From positions 53,384-117,383 of the forward strand of contig WRCD01000002.1 of NCBI GenBank assembly GCA_009784185.1: a stretch of 64,000 nucleotides of DNA. Direction: 5' to 3'. The DNA comes from Bacillota bacterium (GTDB taxonomy: Bacteria; Bacillota; Clostridia; Christensenellales; UBA1242). A model generated the notes under the pieces. The model worked only from the letters and a program-made list of their open reading frames with translations. It searched no databases and had not been told where the DNA came from. The position numbers were made by a program, and so were the translations under genes. This document shows positions 39,311 to 47,949 of the stretch, one piece after another (positions within the stretch are counted from its first letter, which is position 1; every line of letters begins with the position of its first letter).

Positions 39311-40156
39311 ATGAAACTAATTGGTGAAGGACGAGAAAGTAGTGCTTATTTTCTTGATGGTAAAACAGTTTTGTTGGTAGGGAAGAATAAAACTGCCATA
39401 GATAATTACAAAAAGCAAAAAACAATCTATAACATACTTGATGGCAAAGTCAAATGCGTAAAGATTCCAGAGAATGCTAATCTAATTGAACCATGCGAAA
39501 AGCATCCTTTTGGTGCTATGACAATTTCATATGTAGCGGGGGAGCCGTTAGATATAAAAGTTTTAACAGACGAACAAAAAATTAAAATAGGAAAACAAAT
39601 TGCACAGTTTGTTTATGAGTTTCAAAAAGTTGGTGAAAAACTAGGCAAAGAAGAGATAAAAAAGCTTCAAGAAATACAAATCAAAACAGATGCCAAAGCC
39701 GTAAGAGAATGTTTAGAACTTGTTAAGGTGCACTTTAGTGACGACGAGTATAGCAGGCTTGTAGAAGTTGCAAAACGATATAATGCAAAAATTAAGAATC
39801 GAACGCATATTTTACATCAAGGCGATTTGGGCGGCAGTAATCTTCTGACTGACAAAGACAGAAACCTTATCGGTATAATTGACTTTGAAGAAGTTGGTTT
39901 TTATATTCCAGAATATAAATTTAAGGGTCAGGGTCTTAGGAAAGATAAAATATTGTTCGATTCCTTGGTAAAGGAGTATCACAAACTTAGCGGGATACTT
40001 GTTAATGATACGGACTTTATGGATGTTTGTGAAATTATAACAATGATTTTGCATCTAAGACGTTTTTATTGTCTTGGGAGTCCTCAAATAGAAATGAGAG
40101 TAGGGATAATTAAAAAACTGCTGCAAGATTATTTTAATGGTGCGGTGGTAAAATGA
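39311..40156 (+). CDS. Aminoglycoside phosphotransferase (APH)/kinase-like protein
   Basis: IGEGRES glycine-rich loop, HQGDLGGSNLL, GIIDFE. Confidence 0.85.
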   Translation: MKLIGEGRESSAYFLDGKTVLLVGKNKTAIDNYKKQKTIYNILDGKVKCVKIPENANLIEPCEKHPFGAMTISYVAGEPLDIKVLTDEQKIKIGKQIAQFVYEFQKVGEKLGKEEIKKLQEIQIKTDAKAVRECLELVKVHFSDDEYSRLVEVAKRYNAKIKNRTHILHQGDLGGSNLLTDKDRNLIGIIDFEEVGFYIPEYKFKGQGLRKDKILFDSLVKEYHKLSGILVNDTDFMDVCEIITMILHLRRFYCLGSPQIEMRVGIIKKLLQDYFNGAVVK

Positions 40157-40165
40157 AATTACACA

Positions 40166-40197
40166 AATCAACCTGTGGAAACAACTTGTTGCACGCG
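40166..40197. repeat. Family D cassette-boundary motif
   Basis: AATCAACCTGTGGAAACAACTTGTTGCACGCG, 9 nt after the stop codon. Confidence 0.75.
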
Positions 40198-40242
40198 CCA
40201 AGAATGAAACATTAGCGCGAGAAGAATATTTAAAATGGAGGA

Positions 40243-40938
40243 ATGCAAGAAATGGTTGATATAAAAAAGCTTATAACTGAACTTGAAAACGACAATTTAG
40301 AGAAAGTAGACAGAAAATATTTTACACAAACTCAAATGGAGCGGGCAGCTTGTTGGGGCTACCCTAAAGGCCTTAGAATAATTAAGAGGTTGCTCAAATT
40401 GGGGGTTATTAAAAACATTAAACCCGGGTATGCACATTATGAAACGACTAAAAAATTTGAAACTTGGCAGGCAAGTATTATTGATATGGTTGCCAGTCTC
40501 TTAAGCGTACATTTTGGTGAACATAAGAGAATAAGCAGCAGTGCATATACAGCATTGAGGTCAGAAAAGGCTAAAATTTATGAATTTAATACCAAACTTG
40601 TTATAACCGGAGAACGGTATATGTTTTCGCTTTATCTAACGGAAGATGAAGAGGGTTGCAATTTAGAATTTCCGCTGTGGACAATGGAAGCTGACGGGTA
40701 TAGCATTGATATTGACAAACTGTCTGATAACAGCAGAAATTTGTTTGATAAGATACTGGATTTTCATAGTATAGATTTGGATGATATTAAAGGTTTATAT
40801 TACATAGCTTCACCTATTCAAGCCAATGCAATGAATGTGAGGCATGTTGTTTCAAGGATGTTATCGGTTGTTTTATTCTTGCCTGTGCTTGAAAACGGAG
40901 AATTTGAGGCAGTAGACCGGAAAAGACAAAAAGCCTAA
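40243..40938 (+). CDS. Hypothetical protein
   Basis: 231 aa AT-rich ORF with GGAGG SD (start could be ATG 40252). Confidence 0.7.
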   Translation: MQEMVDIKKLITELENDNLEKVDRKYFTQTQMERAACWGYPKGLRIIKRLLKLGVIKNIKPGYAHYETTKKFETWQASIIDMVASLLSVHFGEHKRISSSAYTALRSEKAKIYEFNTKLVITGERYMFSLYLTEDEEGCNLEFPLWTMEADGYSIDIDKLSDNSRNLFDKILDFHSIDLDDIKGLYYIASPIQANAMNVRHVVSRMLSVVLFLPVLENGEFEAVDRKRQKA

Positions 40939-40946
40939 ATAAATCG

Positions 40947-41017
40947 CAGCCCACCTTGCCAATCGACCTGCGGAAACAACTTGTCGCACGCGGGCACCCC
41001 TTTGGAGAAGGGGAATT
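40947..41017. repeat. Family D motif joined to a partial reverse family A unit (right bound of the cargo block)
   Basis: CAGCCCACCTTGCCAATCGACCTGCGGAAACAACTTGTCGCACGCG followed directly by GGCACCCCTTTGGAGAAGGGGAATT. Confidence 0.8.
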
Positions 41018-41058
41018 TTGGCTTGACTATTTCCTTGCAGTTATGCTAAACTCTCTAC

Positions 41059-41880
41059 ATGGAAAAGTTGGTTTTAAGTGAGCAGGTTGAGCGGGCGCTT
41101 GATATTGAGCCCCGGTTTGCCGTACAAAAAGAAATACTGGATGATGATGTTGCGGTGATAATTTTAAAAACGCACAATCCCGCTTTTGGCATATCCGGCA
41201 AATCATATGAAATTAAGCTCTGGGGAAGAACCAGCTATGAGTGGCTGGCTCTGGCCTTTGATATGTGCCCGATTGAGTATATAGAGTGCGGTATGGAAAG
41301 CGATATATTAACCGTAATTAAGCCGCATTTAACGGACAAGAAATACACAGCAGTGTTTTATGCTGATACTCCGCTAATTACCCGCAAAACCTTTTTATCT
41401 ATCATGGACTATGTAAAAACAAAACGCCTGAATGTGGCAAAGCTCCCAAGAGGTTACGTTTTTGTAACCGATTTTGTGCGCGGGGCAAGTAATATATATT
41501 CTAATCAGAGTATTTACTCGGACGAAGCTGAGTTTATGCCGGTGCTGAATCTGAACAGCTTAGCAGAGGCAAGCAAGGTGCTTCATGACAGGATTATTGA
41601 ATTTCACCGGGGCAGCGGTGTTTTGATTGTTGACGCCGCTTCCGTCTTTATTGATGCGGATGTAATAATCGGCAGGAATACTGTTATAAATCCAAACAAT
41701 ATTATCAGCGGCCTCTCCGTAATTGGTGACAGTGTTATGTTAAACTCCGGCAACAATATAATTAACAGCAAGCTCGGTTCAAACGCAGTTGTAAGCTATA
41801 GCGTAATTGAAGGCTCGGTTATTTTGCCCGCCGCCGTGGTTTTGCCTTTTACACATATAATCGGAGGCAAAAAGAAGTGA
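41059..41880 (+). CDS. Degenerate, short GlmU-like protein
   Basis: YADTPLIT, GVLIVDAASVFIDADVIIGRNTVINP hexapeptide start; syntenic with pth; lacks the LAAGxGTRM motif. Confidence 0.75.
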   Translation: MEKLVLSEQVERALDIEPRFAVQKEILDDDVAVIILKTHNPAFGISGKSYEIKLWGRTSYEWLALAFDMCPIEYIECGMESDILTVIKPHLTDKKYTAVFYADTPLITRKTFLSIMDYVKTKRLNVAKLPRGYVFVTDFVRGASNIYSNQSIYSDEAEFMPVLNLNSLAEASKVLHDRIIEFHRGSGVLIVDAASVFIDADVIIGRNTVINPNNIISGLSVIGDSVMLNSGNNIINSKLGSNAVVSYSVIEGSVILPAAVVLPFTHIIGGKKK

Positions 41881-42398
41881 AACTGATAGCAGGACTTGGC
41901 AACCCCGAACCCAGATTTAACGGCACGCCTCATAATGTAGGCTTTGCCGCGATTGACGTTTTATGTCAGCGGCTGGGAGTTAGCAAAACCAAACACAAAA
42001 AGGGCGCAGAAGTGATTTTTGCCGAATACGAAGGCGCAGAATTAATATTGGCAAAGCCGTTAACCTACATGAACTTAAGCGGGCTAAGCATAAGAAAACT
42101 GGTTAAAAAATACAAAATTGCATTAAATGACATTGTGGTTCTGGTAGACGATATTAGCGTAAAGCCGGGCCAGGTAAAGCTTAAAGAACAGGGGAGTGCA
42201 GGAAGCCACAACGGTTTAAAAAACATTGCGGCCGAACTTAACTCGCTGGATTTTAAGCGCCTTAGAATTGGTGTGGGTGAGCCCGCGCCGGGGCAGGACT
42301 TAAGTGATTATGTTTTGGGCAAGCTTCCCGCAGGGATAAAAGCACAAGTTGAAGAGGGAATCTGCCTGGCGGCGGATTTGGCTTTAAAACAAGTTTAA
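41877..42398 (+). CDS. pth: Peptidyl-tRNA hydrolase
   Basis: LIAGLGNP, HNVGF, KPLTYMNLSG, GSHNGLK, RLRIGVG. Confidence 0.95.
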   Translation: MKLIAGLGNPEPRFNGTPHNVGFAAIDVLCQRLGVSKTKHKKGAEVIFAEYEGAELILAKPLTYMNLSGLSIRKLVKKYKIALNDIVVLVDDISVKPGQVKLKEQGSAGSHNGLKNIAAELNSLDFKRLRIGVGEPAPGQDLSDYVLGKLPAGIKAQVEEGICLAADLALKQV

Positions 42399-42495
42399 AT
42401 AAAGGCGGTCAGTTAATAATTAAACTGCCTTTAAGTGATTGATTTTTTCCTGCGCTTGTATTATAATGGTGTATTGTAAAAGGAGTAGGCTTGCT

Positions 42496-44166
42496 TTGCT
42501 TAAGATATTTAAGAAACTCAGTTTGGCGTTTGCGGTAATTATGCTTAGTGTGGCTGTGCTTTCGGGCTGCAGTCTGTGGACGCTTAATATAAACAATTAC
42601 CTTAATCAGGTTGTTGCCCAGATTGGCAACAATATTACTATTACTAAAGAAGACCTCAGAAGGGGCTGGTTCAGTTTCGGCTACCAGTTTGTGGAGCAAG
42701 GCCAGACGGTTGAGCAGGCTGTAAGGCGCACGCTGGACATTTTAATAGACAGGGCGTTTGTTTTGGATTACGCACAAAACACGAATGATAAAGATGCGGC
42801 AGGCAATGACAGAAAAGTAATTCTAACACAGGCACAGGAAAACGATGTGTGGCAATCGGTATACGATTATTTCAACGGTGAAATTCAGAAGCAAGAGCGC
42901 GAGGTTATGAGAGAAAGAAACATGACCGAGGCTAAAATTACAGACGGCAACGCAGCGGACACGGGAGTGGTTTATGCTCCGTACAAAAAGAGTTATATAA
43001 TAGATAAAGACGGGCAGCTGCAAAAAATTTCTGTTGACGTTAGGATAGACAATCACAGCATTGCTCCCGGAAGCACGGCTGCAGAGATTTTTAACAACTT
43101 TAAAAACAAGTACTGGGTATATATAAACAACTCTGTAAGGCAGGAGGCACTGGGCAATTATATTACACAGCTTAGAAACAACGAGCGCGACCGCGGCTTT
43201 AGCACTATAGATGCCGAGGTGTTTCAGCGCGAGCTGCAAAAGGCACATAGGGTTTATCGTGAAAACAAGATACTGGAAGCTTTTCAGGAGAACTTTACCA
43301 AAAACGTAACTGTAACAAATGAGCTGGCGGTAAGATATTTTATAGATACTTTCAACTCTCAGGCAGCTCAACACGCAAACTGGATGCAGGGGTACAACGA
43401 TGCAATGCGCAGCAATGCAGGAGATTTGTTTTATACGGCAAATCTGGACTGGTTCAGGGTGTCGCATATATTGCTGCCTTTTTCGGAAGCGGATAAGTTG
43501 AAAATGAGCAATCTGAAAACCGCTTTGGACAACATGAAAATTTTGCAGGCTGATTACGATATTGAACTGCAGAAAATATATGACAACATTGAAGTGGTTG
43601 AGTACAATGAAGACGGCGAAAAGGTTGGGACCAAGCTTGCTACTACGGTTTTGACTGAGTTAAAGCAAAAGTTAACCGGCAAGGACTATTTTACCAGAAC
43701 CGCAATTTTTAACGAATTTATTTACAGATACAACACCGACCCGGGCGTGCAGAATGCTGAGTTTAACTATTACATTCCGGTTAATTCTGATTTTGATACC
43801 ATGGTTGAGCCGTTTGCCAACGAAAGCCGGGTATTACACGACAATGGCTTTATGGGGGCTATATCCGACCTGGTTGAAACCGATTACGGATTCCATATTA
43901 TATTCTATGTTGGAGGATTGGAGATTCCGAGTCCGTCATGGTTAACAAGTGTAAACGAAGTTACAAAGGAAATTATTTACCATGTATACCCGCTTGATGC
44001 ATATAGACTAAATGCGCTTTCACCTGCAAAAACCTACCTGGATAAAGCAATAGAGGGCGTGGCGCTGGATAGTTATTACGATTATGAAACCTTGCTGGTG
44101 CGTTCGCTTAAAGCAAAGCATGAAGTAAAAATCTGGGAAGCATATATAAAAGATATGTGGCAATAG
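42496..44166 (+). CDS. PrsA/SurA-like parvulin peptidyl-prolyl isomerase lipoprotein
   Basis: Lipobox LSGC, RVSHILL, TDPG, MVEPF, VETDYGFHII; start codon approximate. Confidence 0.8.
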   Translation: MLKIFKKLSLAFAVIMLSVAVLSGCSLWTLNINNYLNQVVAQIGNNITITKEDLRRGWFSFGYQFVEQGQTVEQAVRRTLDILIDRAFVLDYAQNTNDKDAAGNDRKVILTQAQENDVWQSVYDYFNGEIQKQEREVMRERNMTEAKITDGNAADTGVVYAPYKKSYIIDKDGQLQKISVDVRIDNHSIAPGSTAAEIFNNFKNKYWVYINNSVRQEALGNYITQLRNNERDRGFSTIDAEVFQRELQKAHRVYRENKILEAFQENFTKNVTVTNELAVRYFIDTFNSQAAQHANWMQGYNDAMRSNAGDLFYTANLDWFRVSHILLPFSEADKLKMSNLKTALDNMKILQADYDIELQKIYDNIEVVEYNEDGEKVGTKLATTVLTELKQKLTGKDYFTRTAIFNEFIYRYNTDPGVQNAEFNYYIPVNSDFDTMVEPFANESRVLHDNGFMGAISDLVETDYGFHIIFYVGGLEIPSPSWLTSVNEVTKEIIYHVYPLDAYRLNALSPAKTYLDKAIEGVALDSYYDYETLLVRSLKAKHEVKIWEAYIKDMWQ

Positions 44167-44201
44167 CAAACAAAAAACACCTGTAGGTGTTTTTTGTTTG
44201 C
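44166..44201 (+). terminator. Intrinsic terminator
   Basis: GCAAACAAAAAACACCTGTAGGTGTTTTTTGTTTGC. Confidence 0.8.
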
Positions 44202-44202
44202 A

Positions 44203-44362
44203 ATGAAGTGCCTGCAGCATGAAGATATGAAGACACTTACGTTTATGAAGAGCCAGCGAGTTGGCATTATAGCAAAATTAAATGGCACTTCTCTTCATGT
44301 TGTGTGAGCAACACTTCATAAGGCGAAGCCGGCTTCGTGAGCAAGCGCGCTTGCGTCTTCAT
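44203..44362. repeat. Family E element (ATGAAG x4 ... CTTCAT/CTTCGT x4 with mini-hairpin spacers)
   Basis: Related copy at 45601-45750; both start ATGAAGTGCCT and share ACTTCATAAGGCGAAGCCG. Confidence 0.75.
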
Positions 44363-44407
44363 AAAAAGTCTGCTTCCCTAATATACTACTCCTATAAGGA
44401 GATAGGT

Positions 44408-44683
44408 ATGGAATCAGAGATTAAAAAATCATTGCCCGTTAATCACAAACTTATATTAGATAACCGCAAGGCCTTAAGCCTGACGGGCATTACCAAAATG
44501 GACAGTATAAACGAAACGCATTGCGAATGCAGTATAGGCAGTCAGTTTTTGAGTGTAACCGGCAGCGGTATACATATTGTTAAACTGGATGTGGAGCAGG
44601 GCGTATTAGAACTGGAGGGCAGTATTGACGGCGTAAGGTATTCCGGTGAGCGCAAGAGCGTATTAAAAAGGCTGTTTAAATAA
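44408..44683 (+). CDS. yabP: YabP/YqfC family sporulation protein
   Basis: HKLILDNRK.LSLTGI, L.VTG.GIHI.KLDVEQG.LELEG.ID; synteny. Confidence 0.88.
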   Translation: MESEIKKSLPVNHKLILDNRKALSLTGITKMDSINETHCECSIGSQFLSVTGSGIHIVKLDVEQGVLELEGSIDGVRYSGERKSVLKRLFK

Positions 44684-45178
44684 TTGCTGTATACAACTCT
44701 TGGGCAGGGGTATGTTTTTCTGGCGCTTTTAGCATTGGGTGCGGGGGCAAGTTTAGCCTGCCGTCCGCTTTTGCTATATGTCAAATTAAAATTCCCCTCA
44801 GGGCCGGACAAAAAACATACAGATACGAGAGCTGTCATTGCGAGCCTGGCTAGCGGAGCCAACAAACGAAGCAATCTTCAATATAGTACTCATTTATTTA
44901 AAAAAGGGCTTGTTTTTACTGTGGACCTACTGGTCTGCCTGTTTTTTGCAGGCGTGTTCTGGTTTGGGCTTTTGCTTTTTCATTTTGGGGAGTTCAGGCT
45001 TTTTTGTTTGCTGGGGTTTTTAACCGGAATTTTACTGGAAAAACTATTGCTGGCAAAAACAGTTGATTTTTTATTATTAAAAGCGTATACTCTGCTGGCT
45101 AAGATAGTTTTAAGATTGAGGTCTAAGCTATGCAGAAAACCAAAACCAAAACAGGATTTAAACTCGGCAAAACAATGA
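44684..45178 (+). CDS. yabQ: Spore cortex protein YabQ-like, with a repeat-derived loop insertion
   Basis: Q..VFL, DLL, GEFRLF..LGF..G; lies between yabP and the divIC-like gene. Confidence 0.75.
   Translation: MLYTTLGQGYVFLALLALGAGASLACRPLLLYVKLKFPSGPDKKHTDTRAVIASLASGANKRSNLQYSTHLFKKGLVFTVDLLVCLFFAGVFWFGLLLFHFGEFRLFCLLGFLTGILLEKLLLAKTVDFLLLKAYTLLAKIVLRLRSKLCRKPKPKQDLNSAKQ
44834..44876 (+). repeat. Family B unit inside yabQ
   Basis: GTCATTGCGAGCCTGGCTAGCGGAGCCAACAAACGAAGCAATC. Confidence 0.8.
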
Positions 45179-45414
45179 TTTTTGGCCTTATTGGCGTTGG
45201 GGCGTTTGTTTTGGTGCTGCTTGGCCAGTTTATAACCATGGGGGTGCTAAACGCAAAAGAAGCGGCCCTTAGGGCAGAGTTGGAGCGGGTGCGGGCACTG
45301 GAAGAACAGTACATGGCAAGTTTAAGCGAAGAAGAGCTTAAAGCATATCTCCTGCAAAAGCTGCTGGAGGCCGGGTACGGAACGGACGGTGCACCATATC
45401 TGCAAGAAGACTAA
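45130..45414 (+). CDS. DivIC/FtsB-like septum formation initiator (TM + coiled coil)
   Basis: Basic N-terminus, single TM, coiled coil; position after yabQ. Confidence 0.6.
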   Translation: MQKTKTKTGFKLGKTMIFGLIGVGAFVLVLLGQFITMGVLNAKEAALRAELERVRALEEQYMASLSEEELKAYLLQKLLEAGYGTDGAPYLQED

Positions 45415-45486
45415 ACTGATTTTATTTTGCATTTTCTATTGACATTGATGGTTTTATAATATAAACTATGATAGTTTTCTTTATAT

Positions 45487-45563
45487 CGCGGGGTGGAGCA
45501 GTTCGGCAGCTCGTTGGGCTCATAACCCAAAGGTCGTAGGTTCAAATCCTACCCCCGCTACCA
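45487..45563 (+). tRNA. tRNA-fMet (CAT), initiator
   Basis: Unpaired C1, three G-C pairs in the anticodon stem (TTGGG-CTCATAA-CCCAA), TTCAAAT T-loop, CCA end; TTGACA promoter upstream. Confidence 0.95.
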
Positions 45564-45600
45564 TTAAAATAAAAAAGCCGGAAGACTTTTTTATTTTAAA

Positions 45601-45750
45601 ATGAAGTGCCTAGCGGCATGAGGGTATGAAGCAGCTAACGCTATGAAGTGCAGACAAGTCTGCATGACGGATAAATTTAAAGGCGCTTTACTTCATATTG
45701 CAAAGCAATACTTCATAAGGCGAAGCCGTCTTCATAAGCGAAGCGACTTC
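45601..45750. repeat. Family E element, second copy (between tRNA genes)
   Basis: ATGAAG/ATGAGG/ATGAAG/ATGAAG/ATGACG then CTTCAT x3 + CTTC, separated by small hairpins. Confidence 0.75.
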
Positions 45751-45760
45751 TCTAAAACGT

Positions 45761-45837
45761 GGCGGCGTAGCTTAGTTGGTTATAGCGGCCGGTTCATACC
45801 CGGCAGGTCGATGGTTCGAATCCATTCGCCGCTACCA
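45761..45837 (+). tRNA. tRNA-Met (CAT), elongator
   Basis: GGCGGCG acceptor, GCCGG-TTCATAC-CCGGC anticodon arm, CGCCGCTACCA end. Confidence 0.9.
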
Positions 45838-45892
45838 TTTCAAATTACACCCTTATGTTTCATGTTTCTCGTTTCACCTTTCACGTAAACAT

Positions 45893-45967
45893 GGCCCCTT
45901 GGTCAAGCGGTTAAGACACCACCCTTTCACGGTGGTAACACGGGTTCGAGTCCCGTAGGGGTCACCA
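45893..45967 (+). tRNA. tRNA-Glu (TTC)
   Basis: GGCCCCT acceptor, CCACC-CTTTCAC-GGTGG anticodon arm, GTTCGAG T-loop, CCA end. Confidence 0.95.
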
Positions 45968-46083
45968 TAGTAAATTAAGCATTTAGTCTGTTTTTGAAAA
46001 TGGTAAATTTGGGCGTTTTTTGACCCGAATTTACCATATTTCGATTTTTCATGTTATAATGGTTTCATAAAAGGGAGGGAAAA

Positions 46084-46878
46084 ATGCCAAAAGAAACAAC
46101 CTCTTTTTATGATTGGTGCATTGAACACAAGAAATCAGAATTGCTTAAGGAATGGAATTATAAAAAGAATAAAGACATCTCGCCAAAAGATTATGCCCGA
46201 GGCTCGGACAAGAAAGTCTGGTGGATATGCGAACATGGACACGAATGGCAAGCAGGCATTGGCTATAGAACAGCATTTGGTATCCCTTGCCCAGTGTGCA
46301 ACAAAACGCACACCTTGGTTTCAGGCGTTAATGATTTAGCAACATTAAATCCTGCACTTGCAAGGGAATGGGATTATTATAGAAACAGCGGACTAAGACC
46401 AACAAAAATTATGCCGCGTTCGATGAAGAAGGTTTGGTGGAAATGTGAAGAAGGTCATAGTTACCAAGCTATTGTAAACAACAGGTCGCAGGGAAGTGGT
46501 TGTCCGATTTGTGCAGGAAGAAACGAAATTTCAAAAAAGATAAACTTAAAAATTCAAAATCCTAAGATAGCCGATGAGTGGAATTACCAAAAGAATTTAA
46601 AAGGTCCAGAGTCTATTTCAAGTTCGAGCAATAAAATAGTTTGGTGGAAGTGTAGTAAGTGCGGGCATGAATGGGAAGAAAAAGTTAGCAGCAGACTGGG
46701 TAAAAATAGAGAATGCCCCGAGTGCAGTAGAATCAGCAAAAAGGATTTGAACAAATTTGAGGATGCATTTTTAGATGCAATATTTAAAGATTTGTTAAAT
46801 CAAAAGTTGATAACAACCGAAGAACTAATGCAAATGAAAGCTGACATGAAGAAAAAGCCTAATAAAGAGAGCGAATAA
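46084..46878 (+). CDS. Repeated zinc-ribbon domain (DUF4379-like) protein
   Basis: Three repeats of EW.Y.KN...KVWW.C..GH.W/Y...CP.C. Confidence 0.85.
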   Translation: MPKETTSFYDWCIEHKKSELLKEWNYKKNKDISPKDYARGSDKKVWWICEHGHEWQAGIGYRTAFGIPCPVCNKTHTLVSGVNDLATLNPALAREWDYYRNSGLRPTKIMPRSMKKVWWKCEEGHSYQAIVNNRSQGSGCPICAGRNEISKKINLKIQNPKIADEWNYQKNLKGPESISSSSNKIVWWKCSKCGHEWEEKVSSRLGKNRECPECSRISKKDLNKFEDAFLDAIFKDLLNQKLITTEELMQMKADMKKKPNKESE

Positions 46879-46910
46879 CTAGCGGAAATTTTCAAAATGT
46901 GGTAAAATGT

Positions 46911-47822
46911 ATGAGTATGGAAAAGATAGTGCAACAAATCATAGAACAGCATCAAGAGTTATTTGGTACACAGCCTGCAGTCAGCAAAATAAACGCAGGT
47001 TTTACAAATACAATTTTTTCAGTAGCGGATAAGTTCATTCTGAAAATTTGCCATGATGCCGGCAACGAAGAAGAGTTTGCAGTAGAAATAGATTTTTATT
47101 TGAGGAACAAGGAAAAGCCTTATATGCTAGAACTGCTTGCTTATTCGACTGACAAGACGAAATCTCCTTTCTATTACACAGTGATAGAAAAAGCGAATGC
47201 ACCATCGTTATACGACATTTGGCATACATTCACGGAAGAGCAAAGAGAAGAAGTTGTTTGTAAAATCTGCAACATTATGAAAGACTTCCATAAACACAAA
47301 GGAAAGTCGTTAAACTGGGGTGAGTACATTAAAGGATACTACGAAGAACACCTTGCCGTTTTGATAAAACAAAAACAACTTACGGAAGATGAGATTTTGC
47401 TTGTGCGAGAAGCAATGGAAAAGTTTGGTTTTTACCTTAAAAGCAATGACTTCGTTTTAATTCATAATGATATGCATTTCGATAACATTTTTTACAAAGA
47501 CGGTAACCTAAAACTCATCGACTTTGAAAGTAGCAGATTCAATCCAGTAGATAAGGAACTTGAGATAATTTATTACATGGCTGAAATGCCGTGGAAACAT
47601 GCCAGTGAAGAGAATGAGAAGTTTGTAAAGGCGGAAGACTACACAACACTTATCCATTACTTCAAAAAGCATTACCCAGAAATGTTTGATGTTCCATACT
47701 TGGAAAAGCGAATAGCTATCTACCACTTGCGAGATGCCTTAGACCAGTACGGAAGATTTACAAAGGCAAATGAACTGCACGAACGGATAATCAAACTGTC
47801 AAGATTTATAGGTAAAGAATAA
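46911..47822 (+). CDS. Aminoglycoside phosphotransferase/choline kinase-like protein
   Basis: GFTN, ILKI, HNDMHFDNI, LIDFE; start may be 46917. Confidence 0.85.
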   Translation: MSMEKIVQQIIEQHQELFGTQPAVSKINAGFTNTIFSVADKFILKICHDAGNEEEFAVEIDFYLRNKEKPYMLELLAYSTDKTKSPFYYTVIEKANAPSLYDIWHTFTEEQREEVVCKICNIMKDFHKHKGKSLNWGEYIKGYYEEHLAVLIKQKQLTEDEILLVREAMEKFGFYLKSNDFVLIHNDMHFDNIFYKDGNLKLIDFESSRFNPVDKELEIIYYMAEMPWKHASEENEKFVKAEDYTTLIHYFKKHYPEMFDVPYLEKRIAIYHLRDALDQYGRFTKANELHERIIKLSRFIGKE

Positions 47823-47949
47823 ATCGCAAAATCAAAACTTATTGAAATCAAAATCGCAAATTCAAACAGGGAATAATCAAAAATGATGGGTGTCGCAAAA
47901 TCAAATCAAAAAATCAAAAGCAGACATCATGGTGTGCAAGCCCAAAAAA

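Noticed and set aside
39311-40156. Calling the APH-like genes (also 46911-47822) antibiotic resistance genes
   Set aside because: Only the general kinase fold motifs are visible; the substrate cannot be inferred.
42823-43467. 214-aa antisense ORF and the many other short antisense ORFs inside long genes
   Set aside because: Shadow frames of well-supported genes, with no SD or recognisable motifs.
45761-45837. tRNA-Ile2 (CAT, lysidine) suggested by tilS in the window
   Set aside because: The acceptor stem GGCGGCG/CGCCGCT and TTCATAC loop fit Firmicute elongator tRNA-Met better.
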